A DNA stretch of 64,000 nucleotides from Octopus sinensis (taxonomy: Eukaryota), in NCBI RefSeq assembly GCF_006345805.1, contig NC_043008.1, forward strand, positions 31,558,001-31,622,000. The letters are read 5' to 3'. Made by a program: the position numbers and the translations under genes. Below the pieces are notes generated by a model. The model did no database searches, was not told the origin of the DNA, and saw only the letters and a program-made list of their open reading frames with translations. This document shows positions 1-12,839 of this stretch, piece after piece (the first letter of the stretch is position 1; each line of letters opens with the position of its first letter).

Positions 1-101
1 GTTTAACTCCAGCTTAGCTCTGATTGAGAAGACGAGTATTCTGTTATTTTACAGACAATAAATATTCTAGGATCACATTATCAAATGTCCCCTTCCTTTG
101 T

Positions 102-388
102 AACTGCTTCTCAACCAATTTTTGTCTTTGGATCCTTTTGATTACTATTCCATTCGATATTTAAAAACTAGTTTTATAGATACTTTTCCCAAAATTCCTG
201 TTTTGTTTGTCACACATTCACTTGTGTAAGTTGAACCATGTAAAACATTAGAGAAAGAAACCAGGCTATTTCTTGCAATAAATACATATAAAGCAAAAGT
301 TTTTCATGAACTCTTAATGAACTACTGTGGATACCCAATTTACTATGGACCCCCACAAGAATCATATGGACCCGGGTTGAGAACCACT
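102..388. mobile_element. hAT (Charlie-like) MITE
   Basis: ctgcttctcaacc ... ggttgagaaccactg termini. Similar hAT-type ends at ~5350-5577 (agtgtttcccaac/gttggaaatcactg) and ~37758. Confidence 0.6.
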
Positions 389-2718
389 GCTTTATAAGAT
401 TCTAAGAGTCCTTACAAGATGGGAAGTATGTCTATTTGGTTAATCCAGTTATGCTGCTCTTTGATATATCAATGTAGTCATGTTAGACTAGTCAAGGCAG
501 TCTAGTTTTTAACTTCTCTTATGACAATAATATTCTTTTATCTGTTACTGGTTTCAGTCATTGGACTGCCGCCATTCTGGAGCACCGCCTTAAAGGGTTT
601 TAGTTCAAGAAATCTACCCCATTGCTTATGAATTTTTGAAGTCCAATACTTATTCTGTCGTTCTCTTTTTGCTAAGTTACGGGGCAAGCCAGCATCATTT
701 TTAGACGGTTGTGGTGCGCAAAAACACACACACGCACACACACACAACACACACACACACACACACACACATACACACACACAACACACACACACACACA
801 TATGTATGTATGTAAAAGATAGACTTCCGCACAGTTTCTGTCAACGAAATACACTCACAAAGTTTTGTCGACCCGAAGTCTATTGTAGAAGACACTTGCT
901 CAAGGTGCGACGCTTGACAACGAACCCAAAAGCACATGACTGCAAACCGAGTTTCGTAACCACTTAGCCATACATCATGGCGCCTGTAACAAATATCAAT
1001 AAGGCATCAAAAGCCAAAGGGAGAGCCTCTAAGCTGCCGCCGCCTTACTAGAAATAGCTACCAAATATCCTTCAAATTATGCTCCATCGTTTTAGAAAGA
1101 GGGCATCTCCGATAATGAGGTCCTAGCTAACATGTACGTAGATGTTAATGTGATAGTAACGGTTGGAATCCTTTTCACTATTGATCTATGCGATCAGGGT
1201 TGTTTGGCAACTAAACAACCACATCGCCAACAAATCACTTGTGATCAATAAGTCACCCGAAGTGGACTTAAAACCTTTTCTTGTCGACTGTGACAGACAT
1301 CGAAATACATTAGTAAACTTCCCACGAGTGGTGTTTGACGCCCAGTTTCAATTTCAGGTTGATGTGAATAGGTGAGAAAACAACGAGCTCGCAGAATCGT
1401 TTGCACGCCGGATAAAATACTTAGCGGCCTTTCGTCCGTCTTTACATTCTGAGCTTAAATTCCACCGAGGTCGACTTCGCCTTTCATCCTTTCAGGGTCG
1501 ATTAAATAAGTACCAGTAGAACACTAGGGTCGATGTAATCGACTTATCCCCACCCTCCACCAGAACTTGCTGGCCTTGTGTCAAAATTTGAAACCAACAT
1601 TTTCAAGTGAGAAAGTTATTTTGTGCGGTTCGTGTACGTCACATTTTGTGAACCCTTTGAAAAAATTCAACAAGGTAAGAAACAAAAGTAACAAATATTT
1701 AATACGTACCTGGGTAGCCAAACTTACCTGTGAAAAACTAATCTATACAATTCTTGTAAATGTTTAAGATTTACAGCTTAGATATTTCGAAATGTGTGTC
1801 TCTAACAGTCAGATACACCACGCCAGAATGTCCCCTTGACTCATCCTACTTGTAGAGGAAGTGTAAGAGAATGAATGTAGGAGCTAACAGAATAACGGAA
1901 TGAGAGAGAAAAAGAATGCAAGCCAAGAGGGAGAGAGAGAAAGAAGGGGGGAAAAAGCATGCACGCGAATGTGTGTGTGCACATGTGTGTATGAGTGTGT
2001 GCCTGTACGTGCATTTGTCGGTAGAAACTGCGTGTTACTAATACGTCAGATCCTTGTCTCCTACACAAACTTGGAAATCAAATATTGCTGTTGAGCTTAT
2101 CATGTGTAATATCATGTGTAATATCGGCTTTCTTCAATCTAAATAGAAAACAGAAAACTACCGTGGTGTTTGGTGTGTAAGGCTTCGTATTATAAAAAGA
2201 AGAAAAAAACCAAACCAAGCCAAACAAAAGATCTTTAAAGAGGGCGGTAACAGAACCAACAATGGAATGTAGTGGATGAAAGTCACAACAACATGTGACC
2301 GACATTATCTACCGCCCTCAGTGTTTTTTTTTTATATTCCAATAAACTATCATATTTCTTCTGCTGGTTCATCTCAATGAAAATAAGTGTCAGTTTATTA
2401 AGATGACCTGAAATGCCTAACGATAAGATCTTCGTCATGTTCTTCAACATTTATCCATTCTGAGTACATGCGCTTGTGCGTATGTGTATTTCTATGTATA
2501 TAAATATGTATGAGGTTATGATCATTATAAGTAAAAAATGCTAAACTTTCGAAATGCAATCGACATCAATATATAACTGGTACTACTCTGAAGAGAACCA
2601 GGGATCCAAAAACAGAATGAAACAAACAGATAATAATCCTTTCCTTCTATCCTCATATTTGAATGTTGAAGACGATACTGAGTTCCAATCAGAGAAGTAT
2701 GCTCTGATATATATATAT

Positions 2719-2765
<47 letters not shown>

Positions 2766-2818
2766 CCAGAGGAAAGTCCAGAAGAAAAAGAATATAGAGG
2801 GAAAAATGGCCATATACT

Positions 2819-2853
<35 letters not shown>

Positions 2854-3665
2854 CTCTTCCTTTTCTTTTGGACTTTCCTCTGTCTCCTGTTTCTGATGAA
2901 GACCTTTGCTCGAAGAAGAGCATTGCTCGAAATTGAGATCGCCCTTACGATCTCACTTTATCTATGTAATTTAGCAAATTCTTTTGCTATCTACTGATGG
3001 TTCAAAGAGAGAAAAATAACAAGTATTAGGAAATATGTAAATCATTAAAGAATATAACATCAGAAGTTCGAAAAGAAAAAAAGGGAAAAAAATCAAGTTT
3101 AACGGATTAGTCACTTATATAAGCATCAAACGTACGCAAAGATAAACACACGTGCAATATCAGTCACAGTTCATGCACGCCAACTCATATATTCATACAC
3201 TTACACAATTATTAGAGGCATGAGATTCAAATTCGGTGAAAATAGGAGACGTATGTGGCAAGTTCAGTAGGTGTAAGCTGCATGTGTTTAGAACCTCTTC
3301 ATTATTCAGTTTATACTCCTGCCTGAAGTAATTTCATTTCCTTTTGTATTCTTAAAAAACACTTAAGATAATCATGAAGATCTTACAGACTCATCCTAAT
3401 ACTACCCTATAAAGCTGTGACCCTGTGCGCTTGTAAGCAATCAGTATTTCAATTGCCGAACACCATGGAGTTAAGGATTGTCAGTGAACCGACTCTACTA
3501 CGTCTATGTAAGAATATAGAGCTAAAGGAAATCAAAGGATAAAACCAACCATATCTAATGAGAATCGTGGTATTTCTGGCACAGAACTAGGTTTGGCTGT
3601 TGTAGTTACTGCAGGAGACTTCAAGAACTCCGTATATAATATATCCTTCTACTATAGACACTAGG

Positions 3666-3702
<37 letters not shown>

Positions 3703-4239
3703 TATATATATATATATATATAACATAAATAACAGTGATAAAGACATTTCAAGATAAATGTCCTGCTGCTAAAGAATATGCAAGATATATTGGTACATCT
3801 ATTAACGTGCGGTCTACCTTAGTCTACCGCAGTATTCCTGGCTTCTGCTACCGTAATGCATGGTCTACCAAGACCACATTTCACCTCATTATTTGTTTTA
3901 TGTTATCTCCATTACGTTAGCTTCTTGTTAAATTTTGTTCTTTCTAATGCAAACATCATTACAACCATCATCACCATCATCATCAACACCATCATAGCCG
4001 TCGAATTCTTTTCCCTTTTTCATCAGGAGTGGCTGTGTGGTAAGAAGCTTGCTTCCCAACCACATTATTCTGGGTTCAGTTCCACTGCGTGGCACTTTGA
4101 ACAAGTGTCTTCTACAATAGCCTCGGGCCGTCCAAGCCTTGAGAGTGGATTTGGTAAACGGAAGTTGAAAGAAGTCCATCGTATATCTATCTATCTCTAT
4201 CTATCTATCTAGCTCTATCTCTCTCTCTCTCTCTATATA

Positions 4240-4308
<69 letters not shown>

Positions 4309-4515
4309 TATATATATATATATATTATATATATATATATACATTTTTGAAAAAATGGATAGAAATGGCTTTTCTGATCATTTTCCCACTTTAATAATTA
4401 GATGTTTATAAGTATCGGATTAGTAAAGTCGAAAAATTATCAGAAAAGCCATTTCTATTCATTTTTTAAAGTATTGTACCAAGGATTTTCTCTTTCTTAT
4501 TCAACTATATATAAA

Positions 4516-4561
<46 letters not shown>

Positions 4562-4640
4562 TACACACACACATATATATATCTGTGTGTGTGTGTGTGT
4601 GCGTGCGTGCGTGCGTGGCGTGCGTGCGTGCGTGCGTGCG

Positions 4641-4703
<63 letters not shown>

Positions 4704-6027
4704 TGTGTGTGTAAATGTGCATAGAATGATTTATTCAGTTCAATAAAGTTACATGATCTGGCTTTCACGTTTTATATTATTCTGTTTAAGAAAAAATTTA
4801 CAATGTTGAAAAATGTTAAACATTAAAAAAAATATTTAGTTATGTTCATAAAGTTCAATTTGCACTTTCATACATTCGTAGTAATCAGATTTCAAAATGT
4901 ATTTAAGTGACAGTTAAGTTGATCACTTGACAACTGTGAAAATTTTTTTAAATACAATAATTAAAAGCGTGGAAACCAGACCATGTTGTTATTTTATTCA
5001 ACTGAGGTGTGTGTGTGTTTATGTTCGTGTGTATATATATATATATATGTATGTATTTATGTCTATATATGAATATATCTATGTGTGTATCTTTGTTTGT
5101 CCCCGCCACCGCTTGATAACCGGTGTTTTTGAGTTTACGTCTCTGTAAGTTTGACAAAAGGGGCTGATAGAATAAGTACTAGGCTTTAAAAGAAAAAAGT
5201 CCTGGGCTCGACACTTGCTCAAGGTGCTATGCAGTGGGACTGAACTTGAAACCACGCGGGTGCAAAGTGAGCTTTTAACTTGTGATTATGTGAAGTAACT
5301 AGGCAAGAAAACACCAGGAAACAACAGGGAGCGAGCTATAACTTTAGATTAGTGTTTCCCAACTTATTTTCCTCCATGCCCCACTATAAACCTACCCCCA
5401 AAATGTACAGGTATCTATTGGTAACTCTTTTATTAAGTACTGAGTACTTTATCTAAGAAGAAAAAAAAGCGAATCAATTTAATGAGGACCTTGTGCCTGG
5501 TGACTACAGCACCATGCCCCACCACAATTTTCCTTGGCCCCACAGGTGGGGCGAATGTCTCACGTTGGAAATCACTGCGTTAGATGAAATCTTTTGGCAT
5601 TTCTAAAACGATAATAAAATATTTAAGTGATTTTGATTTGAAATTCTGTTCTGCACTCCTAATTATCTCGACTCTACATAAATCCTACAGTTGAGTCAGG
5701 TAAGTACGTAGAATACAAAATAATCTACTTTGGGAACCTTTCCTTAATAAATTGTCACTGTGTTTGCTTCAGTGATTTTGTAATATACGATGAAGAATGA
5801 TTACCATTCGAGTAACAAGCCTCTTTCTAGAAGACCACACATTAATTAGAAACGGTTACGAGTTGAGCTTCAAAAATTGAAGTATGTGTGTGTGTATGTG
5901 TGGTGTGTGTACGCGCGCTCGTTGTGCGTGTGTATGCGTGTGCACACGCATGTAACTGTATGAATTTTTATGTATATATATATGCATATGTATAGTCATA
6001 TGTGTATCAATATACGGTATGCATGTA

Positions 6028-7299
6028 CAAGGATGGGCTGAAAAAGTTCATAAGCTGACTATGATGCTAGAGCTGTGAAATATTGCATTCATTAATTTCA
6101 CCTCTTCCTATTAATAGCTGCATTGTTTCTTTCCAGGTAAACTGACATCTGACGGTTCAAAGAAGACTTCAAAAATAACTAGCAGCGACATCTCTCGAAA
6201 ATTGACAAAATTTGGTATCGTTGTGTTGTCAAGTACCTGCAGAAAAAGTGCTTTAGCCCCCAAGGTCATTTATACTAACGTTCTTGTTACATCAGAGGAT
6301 GACGCTCCTGCTCTATCAACAATGTAAAGGTGAGCAGCTGAATTTAGGGAGAGAAGGGAGAGTCTTGAAGATGACCCCATATCTAGACGTCCTGAAACTA
6401 CCACCACTGAGGAAAACATTGATCGTGTTCACCACGTGCTGATGGATGACAGGCAATTGACTATAAATCAAATAGCCAATGCTATTATTGTAAGGGAGTT
6501 GAGAATATTCTGCTCAATAAATTTGGCGCGACAAAAGTTTCTGCTCGGTGGGTGCCATCTTCTGACACTTAATCAAAGACACACCAGGCTGATCCCATCA
6601 CGGGTATGTCTGACGTTGTGTGAGGCAGATCCAGCTGGTTTCTTTTTGCATTTCCTAACCCAGTATGTGTGTTGGTGTGATCACTTTGAACCAGAGAGAC
6701 AAAGAAACAATCCATACGGTAGAAATGCCCCACCTCACCTGCTCCAAAGAAGGCCAAGGTTGTTTCATCTGCAGGGAAGGCATTTTGGGGATGCAGAAGG
6801 TATTCTGTTTATTGACCATCTTCAAAAGAGTCACACCATCAATGGAGAATACTATGCCAAGTTGATGGGACAGTTACGAAAGGCTATAAAGACTATGTAC
6901 GGCAAGGAAAACTGACGAAAGGAGTTTTGCTTCATCAGGACAATGCCCCAGCACACAAGTCCTTGGTTTTAAAGACTGCTATGTGTAAGTGTAGGTTTGA
7001 ACTGGTTCATCAGCCTCCCTGTTCTCCTGATTTGATCCTATCTGACAATCATTTATCCCCCAACATGAAGAAACACTTGGCTGAGAAGCAATATTGCAAT
7101 GGTGATGACGTCACATCTGCTGTAGATGACTTTCTTGACCGACAGGATAGAAGCTTCTTTCCCAATGGGATCAAGCACTGCAACACCGATGGCAGAAGTG
7201 CATGGACCGCAAGAGGAACTGTGTTGCAAAATAAATCACTTTTGGTTACATTCCATGAGAGTAACATGTTCAGCCTATGAACTTTTCAGCCGACCTTCG
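6028..7299 (+). mobile_element. Full-length decayed mariner (DD34D) transposon
   Basis: Imperfect ~30-bp TIRs (caaggatgggctgaaaaagttcataagctga / tcagcctatgaacttttcagccgaccttcg), TA on both sides, 1.27 kb. Frameshifted transposase with TINGEYYAKL, LHQDNAPAH and PPCSPDL. Confidence 0.92.
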
Positions 7300-7324
7300 T
7301 AAGTGTTTATATACATAAATCCAT

Positions 7325-7614
7325 AGACATACATACATACACGCATGCATACATACATACACACACGCATACATGCATACATATATACATGCATGCATAC
7401 ATATATACATACATGCGTACATACATACGTACATTCATACATAATACATACATACATACATGCATACATACATTCATACATACATACATACACATACATA
7501 CATACATACATACATACATACATACATACATGCATACATACATTCATACATACATACATACATACATACATACATACATACATACATACATACATACATA
7601 CATACATACATACG
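7325..7614. repeat. (CATA)n microsatellite
   Basis: Direct reading; lies just beyond the mariner right TIR. Confidence 0.97.
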
Positions 7615-7622
7615 TATATTCA

Positions 7623-7749
7623 ATTAATATTTGGCAGAAGTAACAGAGTGCCGAGAGTTTTGTACGTTAGCGCTTACCAAACTTAGATAATTTGATAAGT
7701 GCTAAGGCACAAAAAACTCGGCACTCCGTCACTTCTGCCAAATATTAAT
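7623..7749. repeat. ~127-bp imperfect palindrome
   Basis: attaatatttggcagaagtaacagagtgccgag ... ctcggcactccgtcacttctgccaaatattaat. Confidence 0.88.
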
Positions 7750-7809
7750 AAAAATATGTATATACCCATGTTTTGAACTCTATTTTACTTGTTTGCATCG
7801 CCAAACCTA

Positions 7810-7889
<80 letters not shown>

Positions 7890-7934
7890 AATGTATCTAT
7901 CAATCTATCTATCTATCAATCTATCTATCTATCT

Positions 7935-8163
7935 TTCCAAGACTACACCTAAATGTAAACAATATCGTCCCCCCCCCTCTTTTTGGGGGAACTTTATATA
8001 TATATATGTCTTTCCTTTTTTGTACATAACACAGCCCAACGATCCCTATTGATCGGACGTTTTCTTTTATGTGTCCCACCCATCCCACCTCGAAAAGAAA
8101 AACTCTACATTGTATTTCGTCTATTTTCTATGTTTAGTCCTGTGTGGCTATAATAAAAACACA
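7935..8163 (+). mobile_element. Short 3'-UTR fragment related to the Tx1-like LINE, within (TATC)n
   Basis: Shares acgatccctat and the terminal aaagaaaa.ctctac.ttgta...cctgtgtggcta..ataaa...acatatctatct with 52716-52865; (TATC)n on both flanks. Confidence 0.7.
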
Positions 8164-8185
8164 TATCTATCTATCTATCTATCTA

Positions 8186-8254
<69 letters not shown>

Positions 8255-8832
8255 ATCTATCTATCTATCTAACTATCTCTCTATCTATCTGTTTGTCTAC
8301 CTTATATGGCGAAGAACAAAAAATTACAGAAAAAGAAAACGACAAAAACATGGGTTGATTTTACAATCAGTGTTACTAGTCTGACGCTCAGGAATGGAAA
8401 CAACTAATAGCTATAGACATGTATCTTTAACCGCAGATATTTGGAATCTGGAGGTGAGATTCTTGTAGCTAATATATGGGAAATGTCACGTGTCGTGTAC
8501 AATTTTTATTATTATTTTTATTCTTTCTCTGTCAGTTAATGTTTTACTCTATTTTTTTTGTTTTTCTTTTTGCTTTCTAAAATGTTGGTAGCATAAGCAG
8601 AAACGGCTTTGTCAAAACAAAGATCACCACGATAAAACGGGCAAGAACTGAAAATACACAGCTTCTCTTCAATCATACATCATTGGCACCGAGAGCAAGA
8701 GAAGAAAAAAATAACATGGAAACAAAACGAAACAAAAAACAAAACAAAACAATGGCCATCTCTTTTTTTTTATACAAGAGCAAAACTAAAGTTTACTACG
8801 AGAACAGGGTTAAAGGGTAAATGGCAAAAGAA

Positions 8833-9115
8833 TGGTGGTGGTGGTGGTGGTGGTGTGGTGGTGGTGGTGGTGGTGGTAGTGGTGGTGGTGGTGGTGGTGA
8901 TGGTGGCGGCGGCGGTGGTGGTGGAGGAGGAGGTTGGGAGGGGTGCGATGAGGAGGAGGGGAGTGAGATGGGGAGGGTGAAATAGGGGAGGGTGAGGTAG
9001 GTAGGGAGGAGATGGGGGTGAGAGGAGGAGGGGATGAGGGAAGAGGAGGAGGAGGAGGAGGAGGAGGAGGAGGAGGAGTGAGAAGTGGAGGAAGGGGAGG
9101 AGTGGTTAGGCAGGA
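8833..9115. repeat. G-rich (GGT)n/(GGA)n low-complexity tract
   Basis: Direct reading; strong G skew on the + strand. Confidence 0.95.
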
Positions 9116-9950
9116 ACACAAAGAAGATGATGAAGAGTGTGAGGACAAGTTAGATGGCGTTCGGGAAGTATCGCAAAATAGCAAACTCCTTCATCAATAA
9201 ATAAATTTGGCGCAGAGTGCTGAGGGTGAAAAAAATAATCCCAGAGCGAATTGAACTTCTGTCAGTGTTCACCGGACACACCGTGACATTCATCAATCAT
9301 AGCTGACAACAAAACAAATTCACGTTTGACGACAGAAGCGAGGGGAAAGAAAAATATAAAATTATGATGAGAAGAGAACCATTCTTTACTGGCTACAAAA
9401 CAAATTAATCGAGGTGTCTACGGCTTATTGTGACGCATCAGCCTTTAGTGCCTCAATAGGAAATAATAAATTAACAGGAATTTTCAGTCAGGCCCATTGC
9501 TTGGCACCTTGGGCAAGTGTCTTTAACTACAGCCCGGGTCGACCAAAGCTTTGTGAGTGAATTAGGTAGACGATAATTGAAAGAAGCCCGTTCTATATAT
9601 TTCTATTCTTTTACCTGTTTCAGTCATTTGACTGCAGCCATGCTGGAGCACCACCTTTAGTCGAAGAAATCGACCCCAGGAGTTACTCTTTGTAAGCCTA
9701 GTACTTATTCTATCGGTTACTTTTGCCGAACCGCTACGTGACGTGGCCGTATAGACACTAACATCGGTTGTCAAGCCATGGTGGGGGGACAAACTCATCC
9801 ACTCACAGGGCTTTGGTCGGCTCGAGGTTCTAGTAAAAGACACTTACCCAAGGTAACACGCAGTGGGTCTGAACCCGGAACCATGTGGTTGAGAGGCAAA
9901 CTTCTTACCACACAGCCACTCCTGCAGGTATATATATGTGTGTGTGTATG

Positions 9951-10087
<137 letters not shown>

Positions 10088-10285
10088 CGGGAGAGATGTA
10101 TATATAATATATATATAAGGATATTATTGTTTATAATATCAATGGTTTAGCATGCGTAAAAACCCTTAAAGGTAAAAATTATCAATTAAAAATTAAGGGT
10201 ACTAATGGTAGTACCGGCATCATTTTGACTGCTATGTTAGCATACCGGTACTGCCTGTTAGTACTCTTAATTATATGTATATGTG

Positions 10286-10333
<48 letters not shown>

Positions 10334-10370
10334 TATAAACTTACACACACACGATATATATGTATGTATA

Positions 10371-10414
<44 letters not shown>

Positions 10415-11240
10415 GATATAGATATATATATGTACGAATGTGTATGTCTTTGTGTGTATCTGTGTGTGCGTGTGTGTGTGTGTGTGTGTTATTGAGGTTG
10501 ATTTTTTTTTTCTTCTAAATCCTTCAAGGCAGTACTCCAGCATAGCCGCACTCCAAAGACAGAAACAATTAAATGATAAAAGATAATGTCTTGCGGATAG
10601 ATAGAACCGGTTGCTATCAGTTTTAAAATCATTGAACGAAACCTTAGAAACACTGTTCCAATATGGCAGACGTCGAACGATTAAAACCACAAAAAGTATA
10701 AGATAACAGCAATAAAGCGTTTGAGTTTAAGACGGCTTCGCCAAGAAATACTTTATGTTAGTTCGTAATTTACATTTGACTAAACATCAAAGAGGTTTGT
10801 AATTCATTAAGTTATATGTGAGTCACAAACACAGTGGGAATGACCTTTTTATTAAAATGTTTGTAAATGTTGTCAAAGCATATCTGGAAACCGCTATATT
10901 AATTATGAATCGCACAATTCAAGAGAAATATTTTGAATGAAATCATAAGTGACAGCAGCTGGTTACTATTTCCTACTTACTATACTGACTAACGTTCTCT
11001 CTCTTTCTTTCTCTCTTTCTCTCTGTCTTTATCTGTCTGTCTCTCTCCCCGCCCTCTCTCTCTCTCTCTTTATATATATATATATATATATATATTCTCT
11101 CTCTTTCTCTCTCACTGACTCTCTCTCTCTCTCTCACTGTGTCTTTCTATCTTACAAACTCATACACACATACACACACACACACACACACATGCATGCA
11201 AGTAAATTACATAGACATCTTCAGAACAGGGAACGTTCTC

Positions 11241-11470
11241 ATTTCTTTACTGCCCACAAGGGGCTAAACACAGAGGGGACAAACAAGGACAGACAAACGG
11301 ATTAAGTCGATTACATCGACCCCAGTGCGTAACTGGTACTTAATTTATTGACCCCCGAAAGGATGAAAGGCAAAGTCGACCTCGGTGGAATTTGAACTCA
11401 GAACGTAACGGCAGACGAAATACGGCTGTGCATTTCGTCCGGCGTGCTAACGTTTCTGCCAGCTCGCCGA
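11241..11470 (-). mobile_element. tRNA-derived SINE (family B) monomer with ~18-bp TSD
   Basis: Head ggcgagctggcagaaacgttagc, B-box gagttcaaattcc, core gtcgactttgcctttcatcctttcgggg; flanked by cagaacaggga[a/g]cgttct. Other copies at ~1385-1595, 18975-19155, 21075-21275, 21825-22200, 44120-44240, 46080-46260 and a cluster at 54915-56060. Confidence 0.9.
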
Positions 11471-12362
11471 AACAGAACAGGGAGCGTTCTGTGGTTAATC
11501 AACTTGCTAGAAATTGCAGCCAAATCTCTTCCTAGCATAATTTCCGTATTGAAACATGATAAACATATTGAACAGTGCAGACCTAGCTATACAAAAATAT
11601 GGGGTGATCAAGGCTGAGGAGCGTTTAATCCTATGTCTGCACCTCACAGAAGGCAGACCAATTAGATAATGCGATATATAAAACGACGATATGTTTTATC
11701 CTTGAAGGAATTTTAACCGAATGAATCAACCCCAGTATTTATTGTTTCGTTAAGCTTGGTACTTACTCTGTCGTTCCCTTTTGCCGAACCGCTAATTTAC
11801 TGTCTTAGAAAACACACCAGCACCGGTTGTCAAGCGATGGTGGGGGACTCAAAAACAAAGACACTCACAGATAGATAGATACACGACGTGCTTCTTTCAG
11901 TTTCCGTCAACCAAATCCACTCAAGGTATTTGATCGGCCCGAAGCTATTGCAAAAGACACTTGTTTAAGGTACCACTCAGTGGGACCGAACCTGGTACTA
12001 TGTGATTGAGAAGCAAGCTTTTTATCACAGAGCCATGTCTGTGTCTACGCTCACAACTGGAATATCCTTAATAATAGATCTGCTTGATTAAGACAGCAAC
12101 AGCAACAACATGCGAACTGTTGAATGGATCATCAACGAGGTCGTATCTTCCAGAAATAGCAACCAAAACTGTCTTAAATCATACCTTACTGTCTTAGAAA
12201 ACGGAATGTCACATTGGATAATGCAGTCCTTGATACACAAGTCTCAAGAAATAAATAAAAGACAAACTATGGTAACAGCTGTAACAAACAACTTTGATCA
12301 TTATCATAGGCCTGAACTAGGTGGTTGGAGCTTTATAACTACTACTATTGCTGCTGCTACTT

Positions 12363-12409
<47 letters not shown>

Positions 12410-12588
12410 GTTACTACTACTACTACTGTTTTAGCAAAGTAGCTACCGTTTCACAAGCGCATTTGTATTGAAATTCTGCTGATATTTCTTTCATAACTGA
12501 AAGACTTGAGAGTGTCTGCACCGAATATATGCGCGTTTTCCTGTTATTCCGTACGTCCCCCGGTGTCATTTTAACACACACAGGCTCA

Positions 12589-12628
<40 letters not shown>

Positions 12629-12801
12629 AATATATACATATATACGACGGGCTTCTTTCAGCTCCGTCTACCAAAGGCTTTGGTTGGCCCGAGGCTATAG
12701 AAGAATACACTTGTCTAAGGTACCACGCAGTGGGACTGAACCCAGAACTATGTGGTTGGGAAGCAAGCTTCTTACCACACAGCCACGTCTGCGCCTACAC
12801 A

Positions 12802-12839
<38 letters not shown>

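Noticed and set aside
8796-9200. Poly-Pro/Ser/His/Gly ORFs
   Set aside because: Arise from GGT/GGA triplet tracts; no domain or splice context supports coding.
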